The notes beneath the pieces were generated by a model that did no database searches, was not told where the DNA came from, and worked only from the letters and a program-made list of their open reading frames with translations. DNA of 32,000 bases, taken from contig NZ_CP058349.1 of assembly GCF_013395055.1 (NCBI RefSeq), positions 596,630-628,629 of the forward strand, written 5' to 3'. Of this stretch, positions 27,260 to 32,000 are shown one piece after another (within the stretch, counting starts at the first letter, position 1; the number at the start of each line of letters is the position of its first letter). Source of the stretch: Pseudomonas sp. ABC1 (lineage in GTDB: Bacteria; Pseudomonadota; Gammaproteobacteria; Pseudomonadales; Pseudomonadaceae). The position numbers and the translations under genes are program-made.

Positions 27260-28168
27260 ATGGAACTGCGCCATCTTCGTTGTTTTCTTGCCGTAGCAGA
27301 GGAACTCCATTTTGCCCGTGCCGCTGAGCGGCTCCATATCGAACAATCACCACTCTCACGGGCAATTAAAGAACTCGAAGATGACATGGGATTGAAGCTT
27401 TTTGCTCGCAATCGCCGTGGCACTCAGCTCACTCCAGCTGGCCGAGCATTCCAACAGGACGTACGCAAGCTGTTTACCTCGATTGAGCAGGCCCGAGAAA
27501 ATGCCAAGTCCGTTGCTACGGGGCGTCGGGGGATATTGCGCATTGCCGTTTCCGACGGCGCAACTGAACCGCGTTTATCAACCTGGCTGGCGCGCTGCCG
27601 CGCGGAAGAACCTGAAGTAGAGGTGCGAATTACGGAGGCTCCATTGGCCGAACAATTACGTGGGCTACATGAGGGGCACTTCGACGCAGGGTTCTCGCGT
27701 GCTAATAATGCTGGCAATGGAATCGTGGCTGAGGCCGTTTGGCACGACCCTTTACTGCTGGCTGTTCCTGCTCGCCATCCATTGCTTGCACACGGTCGTG
27801 TTCCACTGAGTGAGGCAGTTCGCTATCCCGTAATTGCGTGTCACCCCGACGTATGCGAAGGTTATTGCCGTCAAGTCTCTCGCTTGCTGTGTGCGCTTGC
27901 GGATGAACCTGAGCTGGTTGAGCATGCAACCTCTCTGGACATGATGCTGACTCTGGTGGCAGCGGGTTATGGGATCGGCTTTGTGACTGCGGCGCAAATG
28001 AGGGTATGCCGCCACCCAGATGTCGTTGCACGTCCCATCATGGATAGAGAAGAAGCGATACTGACAACCTACCTTTTGCGGAAGGAAGGTAACAATTCAG
28101 ATCAGTTGAATCGCTTTATCTCACGCCTGAATGATCTATCCAGGGTTCCTTCCATCCAATTTCAATAG
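27260..28168 (+). CDS. LysR-family transcriptional regulator
   Basis: The 302-aa product begins MELRHLRCFLAVAEELHFARAAERLHIEQSPLSRAIKELEDDMGLKLFARNRRGTQLTPAG, a canonical LysR HTH, followed by a periplasmic-binding-protein-like effector domain. GAAGGA SD lies upstream. Confidence 0.9.
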   Translation: MELRHLRCFLAVAEELHFARAAERLHIEQSPLSRAIKELEDDMGLKLFARNRRGTQLTPAGRAFQQDVRKLFTSIEQARENAKSVATGRRGILRIAVSDGATEPRLSTWLARCRAEEPEVEVRITEAPLAEQLRGLHEGHFDAGFSRANNAGNGIVAEAVWHDPLLLAVPARHPLLAHGRVPLSEAVRYPVIACHPDVCEGYCRQVSRLLCALADEPELVEHATSLDMMLTLVAAGYGIGFVTAAQMRVCRHPDVVARPIMDREEAILTTYLLRKEGNNSDQLNRFISRLNDLSRVPSIQFQ

Positions 28169-28183
28169 ACGCTCCTTTTATGC

Positions 28184-30145
28184 TCAGATTCGTGAGAAAG
28201 CGCTTTCCGGAGACAAAGGCTGGCTATCATTACGATGTGAGATTGCATCACTAACCAGCTTTCGCACGCTTTCGCGTACCTGATCAGGGAACTCTGGCAA
28301 TGTGACTTCAACCTCAGAAGCAGAAGATGCTGCTTCCAGTAGCACTTGCACTATCTTGCCCAGATTGGTCGGTGTCACGATTTCGATAGCCGCGCGGTTA
28401 TCCAGACCTGGGTGCGGCTTGGTCAACAGGTGGTACAGATCCCATGTGTCAGCTGCAGGAAGCTGTTTGAGTACCACTTGAGCCAATTTGAGCTTGAGCG
28501 GCACCAGTTGCCAGTCTGGTATGCGCTGCCCCCGGTTGCCCAGGCTGATTGACAGCAGCTTACCCGCTTTCAGTTCTCGGTTGATCTGGTCCTTGGATTT
28601 ACCCGCCAGCTTGCCGAATAGAGGCACCGGCAGGATGTTCGGTGATTCGTAGATGGCCAACATTTCCTCGCGCTCGCGCTGAATTAACGACACCTCGATT
28701 TCTGGTTGAGCCGCCTTTTGCAGAACGGGCACAGCAGGAAGGCGATGGAAGGTCGTGTTTTGGTCGATCGTACTGACCACAACAGGAACAGTGCCAGCAG
28801 GCGAAACGGCGTTTATCTTTTGCGTTGTTCCCGTAAGCCGTTCATCTTCGATCATGGTCGGCATGCCTTCGATGCTGATATTCAGGTGTGCGCTGGCAGC
28901 TTCTACCTGGTTTTGCTCTAGAAGGTCGAGACGGTCAGCCCAGTCCTGCATCATTTTGCGCCGTGGCTCAACGTACATGGCATGGTTGTACGCCGCGCTG
29001 ACCTGATTGGGATCGCTATGCGACAACTGTGCATCGACCCAGATTTTCAGATAACCCACTTCGTTGAGCGCAGTCGAGATAGTGCCGCGGATGCCGTGCC
29101 CGGTCAGCACATCCTTGTAGCCCATGCGGGTCAAGGCATAGTTGAGGGTATTTTCGCTGATTCGCTTCTTCAAATCGCTACGATGCGACAGCAGGTAACG
29201 TTGGGCGGGTTTCACTTCGTTCAGTAAGTGGCGGACGATTTCCATAGCCTGCACCGAAAGCGGCACGATATAGGGCGGAATATCCTGCGCACGCTTGCCT
29301 TTCTTGCGCATGTCGAGTTGCAGTTGCTTGACCACTTCGGGCGGAATAGTCCACAGCCCCTTGTCCAGATCGAACTGATCTGGGGTCGCCAGGCGCAGTT
29401 CGCCCGTGCGCACCCCGGTCAAAAGCAGCAGACGGATGCCCAGTTGTGTGGTCAAGGCACCACGATAGCCGCGCAGCTTCTGCAGCAACTCCGGCAACTC
29501 TGGCAGGCGAAGGAAAGGATTGTGAGCCACCGGGGGTTTGGGAACAGCTACGACATCCAGGTCGGACGCTGGGTTGACCTCCATTCGTTCCACCTTAACC
29601 AGGGCATAGCGGAAAAGTTGGTTAAACCAAGTCCGGACCTTTTCGGCGGTGGTGAACGCTCGGCGCTGTTCGATCTTGGCCAGTACGTCAAGCAGGTCGG
29701 TGCGGCGGACATCGTAGATGGAAAGCTTGCCCAGCGTGGGTAGCACATCTTTCCCGAAAATTCGGTTGATCTGCGACAGCGTACTCTGGCGACCCTCCTT
29801 GAGTTCCAGTTTCCGATGCTCTACCCATTGCAGGAACACTGCCTTGAAGGTGTGCTCATCTGCCAGTTTCACAGCCTGGCGCTTGTGTTTGCGATCGAGC
29901 TTGGGGTTGATGCCTTTCGCCAGGAGCGCACGCGCCTGATCACGCAGCTCTCGGGCTTCACGCAGGCCAACTTCAGGATAGGTGCCCAGAGACATGCGTT
30001 TTTGTTTGCCCGCCCAGCAGTAGCGGAAGTGCCAAGTGCGGCCGCCTTGAGCAGTGACAGCGAGAGAAAGACCGTCGATATCGCCTAGTGTGTAGGCTTT
30101 GCCAGTTGCTTTGGACTTGCGAACGGCCATGTCGGAGAGTGCCAT
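28184..30145 (-). CDS. Tyrosine recombinase, P4-integrase family, unusually long IntB13-like form (653 aa)
   Basis: The N-terminal DUF4102-type arm domain reads ..GKAYTLGDIDGLSLAVTAQGGRTWHFRYCWAGKQKRMSLGTYPEVGLREARELRDQARALLAKGINP. Catalytic residues by position are R246 (TGVRTGEL), H350-x-x-R353 (GHGIRGT), H376 (LSHSD) and Y386 (SAAYNHAMYVEPRRKMMQDWADRLD). About 240 extra C-terminal residues follow. The gene reads away from the adjacent tRNA-Gly 3' end. Confidence 0.9.
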   Translation of the reverse strand: MALSDMAVRKSKATGKAYTLGDIDGLSLAVTAQGGRTWHFRYCWAGKQKRMSLGTYPEVGLREARELRDQARALLAKGINPKLDRKHKRQAVKLADEHTFKAVFLQWVEHRKLELKEGRQSTLSQINRIFGKDVLPTLGKLSIYDVRRTDLLDVLAKIEQRRAFTTAEKVRTWFNQLFRYALVKVERMEVNPASDLDVVAVPKPPVAHNPFLRLPELPELLQKLRGYRGALTTQLGIRLLLLTGVRTGELRLATPDQFDLDKGLWTIPPEVVKQLQLDMRKKGKRAQDIPPYIVPLSVQAMEIVRHLLNEVKPAQRYLLSHRSDLKKRISENTLNYALTRMGYKDVLTGHGIRGTISTALNEVGYLKIWVDAQLSHSDPNQVSAAYNHAMYVEPRRKMMQDWADRLDLLEQNQVEAASAHLNISIEGMPTMIEDERLTGTTQKINAVSPAGTVPVVVSTIDQNTTFHRLPAVPVLQKAAQPEIEVSLIQREREEMLAIYESPNILPVPLFGKLAGKSKDQINRELKAGKLLSISLGNRGQRIPDWQLVPLKLKLAQVVLKQLPAADTWDLYHLLTKPHPGLDNRAAIEIVTPTNLGKIVQVLLEAASSASEVEVTLPEFPDQVRESVRKLVSDAISHRNDSQPLSPESAFSRI

Positions 30146-30371
30146 GGTGTAGCTCCTAACTTGCAGAGTTAGGGCCCATCCTGGACTCGATCACCGCTCG
30201 CACCCAGCAACAATGCGGAACCACGCTTACCCGTATTTATGGACTAAATTATGGACTAAAAAGTCGCAGATACAGGTGGATTTCAGTGGACGTTGCTGGA
30301 ATGAAAAAAGGACCCGAAGGTCCTGTTTTCAACGATTTACAGACGTCAGTGGATGTCTGTAAATCATAAAT
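30146..30371 (-). promoter_or_regulatory. Integrase leader / element-end region with repeats (candidate Pint, arm-type sites)
   Basis: This is the 226-bp non-coding gap between the int start and the tRNA 3' end. It contains a 7-bp inverted repeat overlapping the int SD (30155-30161/30167-30173) and a perfect tandem 12-mer TTATGGACTAAA x2 (30237-30260). It also has two copies of TCAGTGGA(C/T)GT (30283-30293, 30346-30356) and a 9-bp-stem hairpin (30336-30363). Confidence 0.4.
30304..30324 (-). terminator. Rho-independent terminator downstream of tRNA-Gly
   Basis: On the minus strand this reads AGGACC-UUCG-GGUCCU followed by a U-run (plus-strand A-run 30304-30308). It is a 6-bp stem with a UUCG tetraloop about 50 nt past the tRNA 3' end. 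Confidence 0.6.
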
Positions 30372-30447
<76 letters not shown>

Positions 30448-30468
30448 TTGTCTTGGTGACAGGGCGAC

Positions 30469-30496
30469 ATTCTATAGATTCCAAAGGCGCCGTCAA
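30469..30496 (-). promoter_or_regulatory. Sigma-70 promoter of tRNA-Gly
   Basis: On the minus strand: TTGACG (-35; plus 30491-30496), a 16-nt spacer, then TAGAAT (-10; plus 30469-30474). A GC-rich discriminator GTCGCCC follows and an A/T-rich UP-like tract lies upstream. The start site would fall about 15-20 nt before the mature 5' end. Confidence 0.55.
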
Positions 30497-30515
30497 CCCC
30501 TTGATTAAAAAAGTT

Positions 30516-31082
30516 TTATTTCTTTTCCTCGGGATTCAGGTGCGGCCAGGCGGCCAGCAGGTAATGCACCATGGACCAGATGGTCAGCGCAGCCGCTACC
30601 AGCAGCAAGGCATACCCCAGGCCGACCCAGATGGTCAGGGCCGGCGGGTTGGCCAGCAGGATGACCAGCGCAACCATTTGCGCCGTGGTCTTCCATTTGC
30701 CCAGGCTGGAAACCGCCACGTGCGCCCTCGCCCCCAGCTCGGCCATCCACTCGCGCAGGGCCGAGACGACGATCTCGCGACCGATGATGATCACTGCCGG
30801 CAGCGTCAGCCACAGGTTGGCGTGTTCTTCGACCAACAGCACCAGTGCCACCGCGACCATCAGCTTGTCGGCAACCGGGTCGAGGAAGGCTCCGAACGGC
30901 GTGCTCTGTTGCAGGCGGCGCGCCAGGTAGCCATCCAGCCAGTCGGTGACGGCGGCCACCGTGAAGACCGCGCTGGCGGCCAGGTAGCTCCAGCCGAACG
31001 GCAGGTAGAACAACAGGACGAAGATCGGAATCAGCAGTACCCGAAGTACGGTAAGAATGTTGGGAATGTTCATGGATACCAT
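30516..31082 (-). CDS. pgsA: CDP-diacylglycerol--glycerol-3-phosphate 3-phosphatidyltransferase
   Basis: The 188-aa product reads [24 protein letters not shown]...[28 protein letters not shown], which contains the CDP-alcohol phosphatidyltransferase motif DG(x2)AR(x8)G(x3)D(x3)D. The start could be the ATG at 31073 instead. Conserved uvrC-pgsA-tRNA-Gly synteny supports the call. Confidence 0.93.
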   Translation of the reverse strand: MVSMNIPNILTVLRVLLIPIFVLLFYLPFGWSYLAASAVFTVAAVTDWLDGYLARRLQQSTPFGAFLDPVADKLMVAVALVLLVEEHANLWLTLPAVIIIGREIVVSALREWMAELGARAHVAVSSLGKWKTTAQMVALVILLANPPALTIWVGLGYALLLVAAALTIWSMVHYLLAAWPHLNPEEKK

Positions 31083-31106
31083 TGATCGACAGATTTGGTG
31101 GGGATT

Positions 31107-32000
31107 CTACTCACTGTGCAACGTTGCATAAATCGACTCGGCAAGCTTTTTACTGATACCCGGTGCCTTGGCAATCTCGTCGCTGCTGGCACGGGACAAC
31201 TCCTGGAGCCCACCAAAGTGCTTGAGCAACTCGCGGCGCCGCTTGGGACCGATGCCAGGCACATCCTCCAGCGTTGACGTACGCCGCGTCTTGCCACGCC
31301 GTGCGCGGTGCCCGGTGATAGCGAAACGGTGCGACTCGTCGCGGATCTGCTGGATCAGGTGCAGGGCCGGTGAATTGCCCGGCAGGGTGAACTCATGGGC
31401 GATATCATTCAGGTAAAGTGTTTCAAGTCCAGGTTTGCGCGTGACACCCTTGGCCACGCCAAGCAACGTCAGCCCCTGCACACCCAGTTCCTCGATCACT
31501 TCCCGGGCCATGTTCAGCTGCCCCTTGCCACCGTCCACCAGCAGAATGTCCGGCAACTTGCCGGCGCCATCCACCGACCTGCGCAGGCGCCGCGTCAAGG
31601 CCTGGCGCATGGCGGCATAGTCGTCCCCCGCCGCCACGCCCTCGATGTTGTAGCGACGGTAGTCGGACTTGATCGGCCCCTGCGGCCCGAATACCACGCA
31701 AGACGCCACGGTCGCCTCACCGCTGGAATGGCTGATATCGAAGCACTCCAGCCGCGCAGGCGGCGCATCCAGTTGCAGGGCTTCCGCCAGCGCCTCGAAA
31801 CGCGCCTCGACATGCTGACGATTGGCCAGGCGCGCCGCCAACGCCTGCTCGGCATTGGTCAGGGCCAACTGCTGCCAGCGCGCCCGCGTACCACGCACAC
31901 GGTGCGCAATACCGATCTCCACGCCATGCAGTTGAGCCATGGCATCGATCAGGGTGGCGTAATCCTCATGCATGGCATTGACGATCAGCTCACTGGGCAA
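31107..32000 (-). CDS. uvrC: Excinuclease ABC subunit C, C-terminal ~297 aa (5' part outside window)
   Basis: Motifs [32 protein letters not shown] and [16 protein letters not shown] (endonuclease V-like/RNase H-like region) are present. The C-terminal (HhH)2 reads [48 protein letters not shown]. Confidence 0.95.
   Translation of the reverse strand: MPSELIVNAMHEDYATLIDAMAQLHGVEIGIAHRVRGTRARWQQLALTNAEQALAARLANRQHVEARFEALAEALQLDAPPARLECFDISHSSGEATVASCVVFGPQGPIKSDYRRYNIEGVAAGDDYAAMRQALTRRLRRSVDGAGKLPDILLVDGGKGQLNMAREVIEELGVQGLTLLGVAKGVTRKPGLETLYLNDIAHEFTLPGNSPALHLIQQIRDESHRFAITGHRARRGKTRRTSTLEDVPGIGPKRRRELLKHFGGLQELSRASSDEIAKAPGISKKLAESIYATLHSE

Noticed and set aside
30453-31085. 210-aa plus-strand ORF opposite pgsA
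   Set aside because: It is antisense to a gene with an unmistakable CDP-alcohol phosphatidyltransferase motif. Its product is a Gln/Arg/Gly/Asp-rich low-complexity sequence.

Overview
GC-rich (about 60-65%) proteobacterial DNA. Only the right edge looks like conserved chromosome backbone: uvrC (partial), pgsA and tRNA-Gly(GCC) on the minus strand, the same order I recall from E. coli and Pseudomonas. A 653-aa P4-family tyrosine integrase starts 226 bp past the 3' end of the tRNA. Its length and its tRNA-Gly target match the unusual IntB13 integrase of the clc element (ICEclc/PAGI-2 family). I therefore read everything to the left, from at least position 1 to 30389, as the integrase-proximal cargo arm of a tRNA-Gly genomic island or ICE whose far end lies outside the window. 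The cargo is one almost gap-free plus-strand block, in this order: (i) the last 64 codons of a type I-secreted protein whose tail resembles the HasA hemophore (ends ...ESDLLLAA); (ii) a complete three-component T1SS (PrtD/AprD/HasD-type ABC, HlyD-type adaptor, TolC-type outer membrane factor); (iii) a small orphan Fur-like winged-helix protein; (iv) a complete yersiniabactin-type thiazoline siderophore assembly line collinear with the Yersinia HPI. That line comprises an HMWP2-like NRPS, an HMWP1-like PKS/NRPS, YbtU-like reductase, YbtT-like TEII, then a single 978-aa protein fusing a salicyl-AMP ligase (YbtE-like) to a salicylate synthase (YbtS/Irp9-like), an in-cluster EntD-type PPTase and a LysR regulator. 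No YbtA-type AraC regulator, TonB-dependent receptor or YbtPQ/X-type transporter is visible in the window. The items most worth follow-up are the YbtE-YbtS fusion, the ICE context of a Ybt-like cluster, the physical linkage of hemophore-like protein, T1SS and siderophore genes, the orphan Fur-like regulator, and the integrase C-terminal extension. All calls rest on motif reading of the supplied translations and DNA. No database search was possible.
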